Shown one piece after another: positions 1 through 13,000 of a DNA stretch of 64,000 nucleotides; the stretch's first letter is position 1, and the number at the start of each line of letters is the position of its first letter. The notes beneath the pieces are model-generated. The model was given only the letters and a program-made list of their open reading frames with translations. It had not been told where the DNA came from and ran no database searches. Source of the DNA: Catajapyx aquilonaris (lineage: Eukaryota); contig KZ538768.1 of NCBI GenBank assembly GCA_000934665.2, forward strand, positions 62,001 to 126,000, in the 5' to 3' direction. Made by a program: the position numbers and the translations under genes.

Positions 1-3000
1 GTGTCGAGCACCCCCACACATCCCCCCCTCCACCCCTTCCACCAAACTCCCCCCTCCCAACATGCCCCATTCCCTCCACTCTTTTGTGGAATTGCCAGGA
101 CAACCGTGACGTGATGTCATTTGGGGCAACGAATGGGTACAATATCCATCACATACCCAAACGGGGCATTTCCTGGACCTTTCCACTCCCTGACCTGCAT
201 CGCATTTGTGCCAGCAGAGAGAGGGAGAGAGAGAGAGGATTGTCTATGTATACCGGGGGAGAGGGGGTATATTCATATTTTAGAGACAGTAGGTATGATG
301 GTGGAAGGGGAGGGACTTCCCCCCCCCCCTCCCTCCCTCTATTCCAGTCCCGTAGAATCCCAAGCGGATGTCACGCTCTGACCATAAGCGGATGGGTATT
401 CCCCGGATATAATAAATCAAAAAAGCAGTTTTGCGTAATCGCCCCGCGATTGGGTGTGTCCGAGACGACCCCTTTTCCAATGGACCCCTGCATATTTTTT
501 TTCCTCTTCCTCCTCCTCCTCCCCCCCAACCAGCGCTTCTCCCTCCCCGTCCCTCCCACTTCCAGCTGCATCCGTGGCGTTCGGGGATCGATACTTCATT
601 TCAAGGAGCAGCAAGATTTAAATTTTAACGCGGCATAAAGACAAAACCTTGAGATGCACGGCTCCCAGGTGATCACCTCGTCTTTTTACCTCCCTCCTTC
701 CTTCCCCACAAGCCAGCCAGCCAAGCCACTCTTCCTCAGCCATATGCCCCAGCTCCCCTGAATAAAACGGTGACACGTAGACATACATAAATTTGGAATT
801 CATAGATTCCGCTCTTCCCTGCCTGCCGTTTACTGGAACAAGCTTGTTAATGTAATTCGCCGAGATAAAGCCATCTACATATGGAACGCGGCAAAACAAG
901 GGAAAACTGCAAGTGCGGCAGACTGAGCCCGGGGACACCCTAGTGAGTTACGCCGTCATTCACACCAGGCACAAACCCGGCAGATCCAGTACATGTGCTG
1001 GCGACTAACATCCCCTATGAATAAGCCTCCCCCCGTTTAAAGCCTCGGGGGCCATTTCTGCCGTGTACGGCAAAGGGTTTCAGGTCGGAATAAGTCGACT
1101 CCACTGAACTTTTTTTTTCTCCTCCCCTCGGAAAAAAATTGAAAGTTTTTTTTATATATGAAGCGAAAAATTGCAAAGTTAAGCGGCATTGTGGTTGCAA
1201 AGGTCTGGAAAGTTTACAACTTTTAGCTCAGATGTGATGCACAACTTCGCTCCCAGCATGTTTGTTGAAATTTATTAGAAATGATGGTATAACATATTAA
1301 TTCCTCTGAAATATTTGGATCGCTTTTTCTTATGAACTCTGTGTGTATTTGAACTTGAAGTAGCACCTAATGTGTTAAGTGAGAATTCTCCCGAAGCCAT
1401 CTGATGTTTGGTGCCAAAATTCGTCGCGATTTTACTCCATCTGAAAACATTGTCTTCCGAAGCAAAATCTGGGTTGTTTTGTCCCTCGGCGGCGTTTAAC
1501 CGCCCCGCCATGGGGTTTAGAATCGGGTTAGAAACGAGGCCCGGGTATTTTTCGACATGTCCAACACGGTGAAAAAGGTCTTAAGTGCCCGTATTTATGC
1601 GCTACCTTATTAAAACTACCTGCCCCTTTCCCCCTCTTCCCCCTACCTCGACGAGCTAAAATTAGTCTAATTGCCCCTGCGAAAACTTGGTTAATGAAGG
1701 CTGGCTGGAAATGATGTCTTCGGTCTAAATTATGAGGCCTATAATGAAGAAGTTCATTACCGTCCGTATTGTTCCACTAGCTCCTTTAGCATGCAAAGAG
1801 AGAAGGAGAGAGGCGTGGAATCGGGGGGTGTCGGCTAAGGGAGGGAAGGGAATGGGGAGGGATAGTTTAACCCCCCCCCCCTCTCCTCATCATCCTACCC
1901 CTCCAACTTCGGTATCCTTTAGGTAGCCTTATTGATGGGGAATCGAAGAGGGTGCGCTGGGAAGAGCTCTACATGTTGCATGAGGCACGTCAGGCTCATA
2001 TTTAGGAAGCATGATGATCATGTACTAGTCGAAGAATTAATTCCATCGTTTGTCCGTTGAAAAAAAAAAATGAAAAGGGGCAGATATTGATCTATGTGAC
2101 ATATTGGAGTCGGTTATTTTTCCTGCTTCCTCTGTCGTGTCAACAGGAGAAGGCGTCGCCCTTTTTTATTCTCTCTCCCCTCATCCCTCCCCTCCCTTCG
2201 AACCATCGTCGATATTCTATGGAGGACCAGATAAAGTGAATCTTCTGGCAGATAGCGACAGGAATAGGCGCGAAGGAGATAGGGGGGAGTGTGGGTTGAG
2301 TGGGGAGGAAGGATGGGAGAGGGGGGGGATGGAGGGACTTGAAATCCTCTCCAGCCCCCGAAGGTGAGCGAGTGGACCCGAAAGCAACCATGGTGACAGA
2401 GATTGACAGAGCCACCTCTCCTGTCGGTTCAACCTGAGGACCGACTCTTTTGCTTCTATCCCCCCTTTCCACTTTCAGACCCCTCCTCTTCCCACTAACC
2501 GCCCACGCGTCCCCCCATCTCTCCAGCCTCCATCTCTCTATCCATCCCCCAGCTCTCAGTTTGGCTGAGAGATCTTGTCTCCGGATTCAGGCTTGCCACT
2601 CACTACACTTTAAATCGGAGCTTCCGGAGAGAGTGACACTGGTTGCCTCATTTGCTGGACAAGGGCTGGGACTGTTTGTGCTCTGAAGGTGTAGCCAGTA
2701 TAATCAGAAGGGAAAGGGATTATGTGTTGGGTCGATGGGTCTTCTTACTTCTTTTGCTTGTAATTAGTCAGGTAGGTATATAGTCGAAGGCTTTCTTCCT
2801 CGAGGGCAACCTGGCCACCCTGCTATAGTTAGAGGTCGCAGTAAGTTGGGTCAAATTCCACAGTTCAACTCTAAAGTGAAGAGAAAGTTCATCTTGATAA
2901 CCAGTTTAAAGAGATGCTACCACCAGTTCGTTGTTTGGAGAAACTGCTTAACTTTTACACCTTCGCCCCCATCTTGGATGCGCCACTCTTAATGAGGAGC

Positions 3001-5226
3001 AGAACTTTCTTGAAACTATTTGATGTAATTTTTCGAGTAAGAAGGCTCCTCGGCTGCAGGACATCACTTGGAAAGTTATTTCTCCGTGGGCATGAACTGA
3101 TGGGGCACTTGGATTGGGAGCACGTGGCATTGTTTTATCCCGGCGGATTGTTGAACATCCCGGCACTCTTTGAAACGACTTTGTTTACATGCTGCTTGAG
3201 CCTTGGAGCTGCTACTACTACAGTGCATGGCGGGCAACTAATCGAATGACGCTGCTTGCTGTGCGGGTGTCTGGCAGAGTTGGTGGGTTGGGGGGCTGCA
3301 CTTTTGACACTTGGGTAAGTGTGACGCGCCGAAGTTGACTGACACTCCATAGAGTGGCAAGCCTGGGCGTCGTTTTCTTTTGCGCCTCATCCCTCCTCTT
3401 GATCTCCCTCTTCTTCCCCACCCACCCCTCCACACAGCATCCCGATCTTTCCGAATACGTTGCCCTAGCAACCTCGTGGCGCGCGCTCTCCAAGCAGAAG
3501 ATTCCTCCCAAGCTTTTACAATCTTGTTTTAAGAGGCACGCTTGTCTCTCCACGGTGTCGCCAGGATGAGTCGTTATAAATCCTCCCCCACCTCTCCTTC
3601 CCACCCACCCAGCTCCAATCTCAGCCTCTCGAGAGAAGAGCGAAATGACAGTTACTTTGAAAAGGGGAAAGGAGGAGGGGGTGACCCCTTTGTTCCCGCT
3701 TAATAAGTAGCTGTGATTGTACCAAGGAGGTGATCGCTACCATGTTTCACTATTTTTGGATCCGGCCTTCTTTTTTCCCCCCTCCATTCCTTTCAAAAAA
3801 GAGCGGGGAGGTTATAGTGCGAGAGTCTGGTCATTCCGGAGCTGGCTGCCGATAGCCTTTCAAGGGTGTGGATCAATAATTCAATTTCAATTTGAAGCCA
3901 AATTGAGTTCTTTTCCTAGTTTGAAAGGACTGACGTTCCACTCCATGTTGAGGGGGGATGTGGGGTGAAGGGTTGGAGGGGAAAGAGGGCGGGGGAGTAG
4001 TAATAGGGAGGGAGACTGCGACACCTGCAAAGTACCGCAGTTGATTTCTCGGGCCCCCCCCCCTCCGCGTTGCAACGGATGGTTATTATCCATAATTTCT
4101 AATGGTGTTAATGAGGCCCCGTGTGACGTCAGATATATCGTGCAGTTAGCCAGTATAGTGCGCTGGTGGTTCATCCGAAAGGGTGGGTGGATCACTCACT
4201 ATCCATGAACCCCCGACGGAGATTATTTTTGGGTGGCTCCTTTTTGGGGTGTGGGATCTCTCTCCACCCCTCTCCCCACATCGTAATCCGGGGGGGTTCT
4301 GCATTGTTTGGAGTCAAAACTGTGTACTGGATGGATGAGGGAATGCGTGGATCAATCGGAGAGTAAACATTGCGAAAAATTGATGAGCAGATCGGTGGAT
4401 TTTGTACCGGATATTTTTGTGCGTGTGTGTGTATGTATGTGCGGTTGGGTTGGCAACGGATGCAATCTTTGGCCGAGCACATTTTGTATGCTGATGAACG
4501 AGTCACATCCTGCCTCACGCTTTAGAGTGCCCCCACCCCACTGGTCCTCCGCCTCTTCTCCCCTAACTATAAGGCCAAGCCAGCATGCATTCGTCATCTA
4601 ATGTGAGGCTCACGGGAGTGATTTTTTGACTTGATGTCCTCCACTGGTCCCCCAGCCTCTTCTACCTCACTAATCCCCTTTTGCATTGCAAACCCCCATG
4701 TCGATGCCGTGGGTCCGCATCCCTTCTACGATGTGCCCGGATGAAAATAAGGGCTGCGGATCACATACTCTCTCTACCTTACCCTCCCTATGGAACTAAT
4801 CATGACTCAAAAGCACTGCTCCCCAAAGTCGTGCACCCTCGGGTGTGCCTAATATCACAGCATCACCCCCCTGCCTGTGCCGCCGAAATATTCCAAAATT
4901 ACTCGCCCCATTTTTTTCTCCCAGAGACCGGGGGAGTTTCAAAACTCGGGGGCGCCAAGTTATGGGGTAATGTGGACCTGGTTCCCCTCTCATGAAATGA
5001 TTCCCATATTGAAAGTAAAAGAGTGGGACAGCTTCAGGATCGAATAATGTGCCGGCTCAGTGGGTGTGAATTACTTAGATTCGGAGGAAGGAGAGAGAGA
5101 GAAAAAAAAATAGGGGAAACGACATTCCCCAATTGAGCTTTATTATTCGATTCGGGTGCGTGAGACTGAGTCATTAGCCCCACTCCCCAGCAGTCCCGGC
5201 CAAGTTGAGTCATTCCCGAGGTATTA

Positions 5227-5678
5227 CAGGCTGTGAGAGTTGTAATATGCAGCGGGATTATGCTTCTTATACCTTTTGTACAGTGCCGCCACAGCCAGAG
5301 TGTCCGCTGGCTGCTTCTTTAATTTTCGATAACTTCGTGTTGGGTACATGTAAACATTTCCTACACCCATTCTGAAAGGATTCACCGCACTGCACTGTAC
5401 AGTACAGTGCTGCTTTTGGGTGATGTAATTATCCCGGTGTTTTCGTTGTGCAGTGCCCGTCACTAGCAATGGCAAAGCATCAACCTAATGTGAGTTTGGT
5501 CGAAGCTAATGGAGCATCGAGGCTGCATAAGGACATCCTGAAACCGTTCGGCATATCCGATTACTTCACATTATTATCATAATACGCGAGGACAACTATC
5601 TATAAGTCTACGGATGTTTTGTAATGAGTCGGACAAAACTCGCTGAGACATTGTCCTGCATCACAATGAAACACCCTG
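5227..5678. mobile_element. Possible old Tc1/mariner-type MITE remnant
   Basis: The right end ACACCCTG-TA is a typical terminus. The left end TA-CAGGCTGTG...TTGTAATATGCAG is only loosely complementary. Confidence 0.3.
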
Positions 5679-8600
5679 TACATACTCTCTCGACTTTTCC
5701 GGGAGTGTTCCGGCGTGGCTTCACTGCGTAATTCGGGACTGAATTAAGAAGGAGGGTGAGGCTTTTTAACACTGGTTTAGTGAGGCGGTGGGGAAGGGAA
5801 GGGCCTCACCTCTTTCTCCGCAAACTTCTACTTATCTGGAACAAATACAAGCGGATTCCCAGAGCTCGCCCTCCCCTGAAGATTGCTCTATGAATTATAA
5901 ATCATAGGAAAAGTTTTTCATTACGGCTGAGAAAGTTGGGGGGAGGGGAGGGGGGGGGGGTATCCTCCGGAAAAGGGGGATATCAGAAGAGTCGCTGGGA
6001 TTTGCTTCTCGCTTTCTCTTTCACTCTCTTCGGGAAGAGATTGTCTTTTACCCGACTTGTTTTCTCATCGCAGAGTTGATCTTTATGGCGATTGCTCAAC
6101 TGATAAACCGAGTGCTTGTTGCCGCTAACTTCCCGGAGCATATAACCTTCACCTTTACCCAAATTAGGTCCCATCTCTCTTTTTTTTTAAAGGTCGAAGA
6201 GGTGAGACTGGATATGTTTCCGATAATTTTGCAGAGGTCCCTTAGGCAATGATGCGAATCGTCGAATTGATTGTAGCGCCATCGGAGCTTTTAGGACAAC
6301 AATGATCCGGTGCATACATATAGGACTCTGAGAGCCAGGGAGAGGGTGGGAGTATAGGGAGACAGAAAAAAAAAATGAGGACCATTCAGCGAATCGGTTG
6401 TTTTCCGACATCGGAGCGAACCAATCCAACAGGCGCTACGGACCCGGGCAAGTGCCCCGTAACACACTTTTACGGCGCCTGTAACATGAGTAACTAGCGG
6501 AAATTGCTCTCTATACCAATGCCATTGTAACAAATTAACAAAAACCTCAAGGCCCCTCCTGGGAGTGGCGTTTCGGGAGGCTCGTAAAGCATTTTCAGTG
6601 TCACAGGAATCCCTTTTGCCCACCACCTCTATTTTACGCCCGCGTTAATCTGTAGTGTTTTCCAAGCCAATGGTATGGACTGTTGTACCAGGAGAGTGGG
6701 CGGGGGAGAGGTCAAATCTTCACACCCGCGACGAGAGGACCATTGAATGGGCACCGGGAATGGTTTGCCCCGTAATGAAGAATAGGTCCCCTCCGCCCCT
6801 GCCCAAATGCTTTTGTCCGTCGGGAAGCGAATTTTGCTCCGATTTTTGCAAAACAGTGCCGGGCCCGTATTTCTTTTTTTTAAACATGGCCCCGGATGCA
6901 TTATCCCGATTGAGACACTTTAGCCCCTACACTTGGCTGTTGGCTGCCTCCCCGTCCTGTTTACCATGTATTCTGGCCTACCCTCCCCTGAAGGTGGACA
7001 ACTGGTCCCAGGAGGCGGCCCCGCTTCATTTTCCCAAACTGGCCTTTCCGGAGACTCCGGATTTGTTTACGAGGCGAGTGCGGGATGGTGTCGGGGTCCC
7101 CTCAGCCCAGCCTGCAGGCTTATATGTGGGCTGGGACCGGGGATTTCCCATCCTGATGGATTTAATTACGGAGTGCTTCAGAGATGGGTTTTCCAAGAAG
7201 GCCAGGTCTCCCCCTATAACATGTGTTTGATCACTCTGGACCATAACCGTCTTTTGTATGCTACTGTCGATAGTTAAAAAAAAGAGCCAAAGCTTGATGC
7301 TGTCACGTAACTTGTAAAAGAGCCCTCTCTCCACGGCATTAATCCCGTGCGTAATTTTTTTAATAGTCGAATTAAGTGGGGCGGGTAATGATGCGCTGGG
7401 ATGTGATGTGTAGGCTTACAAGGGGGGGAAGATAAAGTTTGGAAAGTGGGGTGGAGGTCCAGATGCATGATTGCAAATAATGTTGGTCGGAATGGGCCAT
7501 GATCGCCTCCTCAGGAAATCAACGAGGGGCGGGATGAGTAATCAGGCAGCTATTGCGCCCTCGTTAACGGGCCCTTTAAGGTGATTTACAAGATATTCGA
7601 TTTACATGATTTCCATTTTGGTCTCGTAATTAACGCATTGCAGGTGTTAGTCTCCCCTCTCCCCGCACCCACTAAACCACCGTTCATTCCGAACTTGTCA
7701 AGATGCTTTAGTGCGGGTCAGGAAAAAAGAAATGACCATTAACTTTCTCTGCTGCTGCTGCTCCCCCTCTCCTAGCATCCAGCCCCACGTCGTTAGTTTA
7801 TCATAAAAATTAAAGACTGGTAAATCAACGTGGCTGTGTTTTTTTACGGGCTGTAAAGCTAGGCTCCAAATAGGTGGGTTGTGACTTTTAGGCTGTTTAG
7901 AGTGTAGGGGGGATGGAATAGCGGTGTTGGGGGGGGGGGGGGGACCTACCCCNTGCAGTCACCTGTCATGTTGTTCGTCAGCACCAGGGGCTTTTACCGA
8001 CTTTGTTCATTTCCCAGCATGCAAGTTAACGTTACAGTAAAAAAAAAAAAACTCGTGTTGTAGTAAATCTGCGTAGGGGGTTGTTGCTGTTACATCAAAG
8101 TGAGGGGCGGATGGGGGGAGCGGGGGGGAGGAGATGAGGGATTTTCATTTAGTGCGATAGCACATGCTCCACAAATGGTTGGTGTAAGGTGCGCAATCTT
8201 TATTCCCCTCCATTTAACGCCGCTCATCACATCAGTCGCGCTTAATAGACTTGACCCTAAGTTTACAAATGAGGACGTATGAACGTTTTGTTGCGTAATG
8301 AGCAATTGAGGAGGGCGGCTTAAAAACACACATACGCCATGCGTTTAGGTCGAAAGAGAGTGAGGGGGAGATAGAGAGAGAGCAGTGCGGGTTAGAGAGG
8401 TGCTCTGTTGTCCGGGTATTTTATCGGTGACGTGACTGGTCGGGATTGCTGATGTGGGTGATGGCGTGGGGACGCTTTGGTTTTAATGTGAGATAAGCTG
8501 TTGTTTCGGAGTGGTACACAATCCCGTGTCAGCCGCCGCCGATGCGTGATTAGAACTAACTGTGCATTTTGGGGATTGAGCCACGCCACGTGCTCCCCCG

Positions 8601-10031
8601 ATCTTTCCCCACCTACTCCCCCATTGTTATCCCGTCACATCGGACACCAATTTTTTCTTGTAGTCTTTGTCGACCTACACCTCGAAATAGACGTGTATTT
8701 ATAACCCTCCTCGACNCTGCTGCTGCCGAAGTCAATCACTTCATGACAATGTTACATGATTCTATACCGCATCATGTTAATAGCGTGATATCGCAGTACA
8801 GCTATAATTATAGATATTTTGATTCACACCACGATAAGTGCCTATAATATTCGCGCACGCAGAGGTCATTTTGGGACGCTTCTCATGATTGGAAGCACTT
8901 TGGGGCCGGCAGTAACTGTCCCTGCATTTTGTGCTTTCAAAAATGAGAGGGGGGCCACGATTATTACTTAGGGATGGCCAGTATCCGCCAATTGGCATTT
9001 CGATATCTTTGAATATTATTTATCGTCGGTTGTAATGGGACCCGACACGATCCCCTCCTTTTCCTACACCTCTCTTTTCCTCTAAGCGGCCGCCGGTGGT
9101 CATTGCTGTAATGCACTCGAGCGTAGTTAAACGTATTAGTTTCAATTAGGTGAACCGACTTGTGGGCTGAGCCCTTGTTCGGAGCTTACTCGGCCCGCGT
9201 TGAGCTCTGGACCCGAGCCCTTCCTCCCGGTCCTGTGACCACCGATCGTCTCCCCTACCCTCCCACCTCTCATTTGTCTCGTCATTTTATGTAGGCAATT
9301 TTTTGGGGGGGTCCAATCGAGTATTTGGAATGCCTGCGTTGCGGGCTGCATAAATATAAAATGCCGCTATCCGCGGTTAATCCAGCCCGGTAACCAATAG
9401 GCTTATTGTTAGTGCGCACTCCCTGCCCTCCCCCCCGATACTAACCCCCACCCCCCACCCTTCGAAACTACATTAGCACTTCTCCCAATCTCTATTAGCT
9501 AGATCCAGGATCCTGGGAAGCGAAAGAGGAATTACAGTGGGTCGGGAGGCTTTGTGCTCTGAGAGAGTACAAGAGATAGTCCGAGACTCACAAAGCCACC
9601 TCAGTTAAGCTCCGAGGACCATTATCCCCGAAGACCCTATTTTGAATAATTTGTACTTTATTAATCTTCATATAATATTAAACCTGCTTCGTATTAACTT
9701 CTTGATGGGGAGATGGTAGCAGGGGGAGGACGGGAAGTTTTAATGCCTTCGCCTCCCTCCCTCCCTCCTCCCCATTGCCCCCTTTCCATACACTCTGTAA
9801 CCTCCTAACCCTCCTTCCCTCCTGCCCGCCCCCGCCTTACCCCACCTCCTTTCCCGTGCGCCGTTGCAAATGTAATTGTTCACTTAGCCCCTGGCGCGAG
9901 ACTCTCAAAGCATCCAAATTTAATGGCTTTGTGTGAGAAGACGCCTCTCTCTTTGTGCAGTCTCATCACGGTGTTCGGGCTGGCATCCGGTATTAGCTCA
10001 CCCAGCAACCCTCCATTTTACCCTCGCCATG

Positions 10032-10032
10032 T

Positions 10033-10068
<36 letters not shown>
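10032..10068 (+). repeat. (CT)n microsatellite
   Basis: Directly visible near-perfect CT run. Confidence 0.9.
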
Positions 10069-10070
<2 letters not shown>

Positions 10071-13000
10071 GGCCACCCCACCACCCCCCCTCCCATTTCC
10101 CCCCATCTCCCTTGCACCGAACATTTCTGGCTTCTGGCTCCCCCCAAGCTTACTCAGTTAATTTTTCATTAGGGCCTTAGCCCTAGAGTGAAGTCTCAGC
10201 CCTGGCCGTTTGGGCCACCAAGAGAGAAAGATGATGCTCCTATCCCTCCCCATCTCTTCTTTTCTCTCTCTCTCTCTCTCTTCTTCTGGTTCCCTTTTTT
10301 TGTGTAGGGTAGATGGGTGGGATGGGTGGAGGGATTTCTGGGTTTTGTTTCCTGGATGCCAGTTGGGAAGATTCGGACTTGACCATTTCCAGAAGAAAGT
10401 GAGTCTCTGAGGGAGGAGGGAGGCCTCCAGGGAGCAGAACAAGTCTGTTTTGACTGGGTTGAAAGCAGGGCTGAGTGCAGGGGAATGGAGGAGAGGGACG
10501 GGAGGGGGGAAAGCTGCGAGAGTGTATTTTGTATGATTTATAAGTCGGGGATATGGCTTCTGGCCGTCTTGTACGTCGCGAGCGTCGGTCGGGTACCGTT
10601 TTTTTCATTGCCCCTGCAAAAGGAGATTCATTGTTGACACAACCTGGCCTTACGTGCACTTATCAAGTTGGATCAGAGCAGTGCTCGAAAATAACCCATG
10701 TTTTCCCGAGCGTTGAATATGATGATATGAAGGAAACGTTGTACGCAAGGGGGGAATAAGGTCTTCATCCCATTCTCTGGTTGACATCTCCCCAAGAAAT
10801 AGTGTCATTCTGTAGGCTTATGAAGAAGGGAAAGGGAAGGCTAATGTTCCTAGGCGGATCAGAGCGAAGACTTCAGCCTACTTACAACCTACCCCCCCAC
10901 ATCTTCCGAGGAAACTACCTTCTTCCCCTTCCCCACCTCATATGTCATTAGGAAAATCTGGCTTGACACATTCCGCCAGTTCCAGGGCATTATCGTGCCA
11001 ACCTCCTTTTGCTCCCTTTTTTCATCCCTCTCCCTCATCCTTTTCCTTTCCCCCTCTCCCAGCCCCCTCTCCCTCTATCTCTCTCCTTTCCCTTACTTCC
11101 TGTTTCATCCTTGCTCACAATCCAATCCTTGCCACACCAATGGTGATACGCGAATTTCAAATTGAAGCTGAGCGAATCAGGATCCTGCCACTATGGTGTG
11201 CGGATCCTTTTGATTTGCTTCCAGGCCCCGAAGCACACTAAAATATGCCGCGTAACTTTACTCTCGGATATTTTTTTTTCAAGCTTAGGAATATTCATAC
11301 CCATCGCTGTAACTGTTGAAGCAGCAGGGACGAAAAGCAGTTGACTTTCGGAGCGCCTGAAATTACCTATACGTTGGGCAGGATTTTTCTTTTAAAGAAC
11401 CGTGAACTCAAAGTAAAGGGCAAATTGAACTTTTGTTAGGATATGTTCTCATCTGATCAGTTGAGCTTGATGAGTGCAATTATTGTTTCGATTTGAAAAG
11501 CATGTACAGCCCATTTCATAATTTTTAGGAAATGAGAAACTGCACTTGTGCGTTTCATTTCATATTGGAAATTAAAGTAAGCTATGTTTAAAATATTTCG
11601 AACTAGCTGCAATGAATTTTATTTAATATTGGCGGCATTCCTCTGGTACACAAGAAGCCTTAATGTGTGGGATCCAATATACTGGCTCGAGTTATTTTAT
11701 TTGCACAGTTATAGTCTGCTCTCCAGCACAGACCCTTTGGTATAAAGGGGGAAAAAATTTGAAGTTGCTTTGTGTCCAGTGAATAAAATAGTGCCCTTCT
11801 TCAGATATCGGAGTAGCGGGTGTAAACACGCCCGGCCATTTTTGCAAGCATCTCACTTGACAAGAATTCTGTTTGTGGAATAAAACGACCCCTTGGAAAA
11901 CAAGTTATTTGTAAACTCATACCCGACAGTGCTCGAATCCTGTGTAGTGCTTACAGTTCTGAATTTGTGGAAGGGGCTTGTAAGAGCTTTCTTTTCATCT
12001 AGACCTAAGAGGAATTTATTTCACGTGTCCAGTGTCGTGGCATGCGATATTGCCTTTCTTTTTTTTTTAAAGCTTCTTTTGGCTCAGGCCCCTCCCACGT
12101 TTCTATCTACCTGCTGTTTTGGAAGCTTGCGCCACTTAGCGAGGAATTTTGTGTGAGAGGCGGCTCCAGTCGAGTTTCTCCCCCCTTGGTTTGCATTTCA
12201 GGGGGAGGCATGCTAGGTGAGGGAAATTGCGGAATTAATTAAGTACTTGTCCCCGGGATCTTTTTACAAGTGTTGGGCAAATGGAACAGGTGGGAGGGAA
12301 AGGATTCTTTCCGCACTCCTGCTTTGCCTCTGCTTTGCTTATTTTGCATGGTGGGGAGGATGGGTGGGGAGGCAGACTATTGAGGCTCCAAGCGGATAGC
12401 TTCATCCCATTAGGTGCGGTTCACATAATTTCCCAGTAGAAATTGAACCCAATTATGATGCTCCCTTCACCCACACCGGGGGTTTCCCCGTACTTTTTTT
12501 TTTCTAGTCGCTCTTTTATATGTACTGTCCAGGGCAGGCCCACTGGGTCGGTGTAATCCACTCGGGGAGTCCGGCGTACACTTTGAGGTAAATCCGGGGG
12601 AACACGGGCGAAATCAAGGAAACTCGAGGGAATCCACTTTTTTGGATGGGGAGAAGGGGGGGTAATTTTGGGTGGTGTCCGGATCTTGTTGCCCGGATTC
12701 GTCTGTTCCTTGGTGTGGAGTAGGTGCCTGAGGGCTGGCAAGAGGAGTGATGGGTTAGACTGGTGGTGACAGTAATCATTTAGAGCGAGACAGGCAGCTC
12801 CGTTTCTTCCGGGCACGGGGTCTTCATTTTTGGAGTGGTGGGGAGGAGGAGGGGGGGATGGAGGGATGTCGGTTTATGCGGGGAAATGATAAGCCTGCTC
12901 GGTTCTGTTTCCAGCATCTTGGTGTGTCTCTCCGGACATAAAGTGCGGTTTCCCCTCCCTCCTCGCCTCATGTTGCAACTAACAGCCGCCTTTGAAAGCA

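Noticed and set aside
84..638. 184-aa ORF
   Set aside because: Built from GA/C low-complexity tracts inside the TIAR intron; no domain and a non-ATG start.
2355..2363. 9-nt microexon candidate CCAG|CCCCCGAAG|GTGAGC
   Set aside because: Very short pyrimidine tract preceded by G-rich sequence, and it would insert residues inside the RRM2 fold.
6655..7230. 191-aa ORF
   Set aside because: No recognisable motif, and overlapping ORFs in several frames are explained by GC-rich structured sequence.
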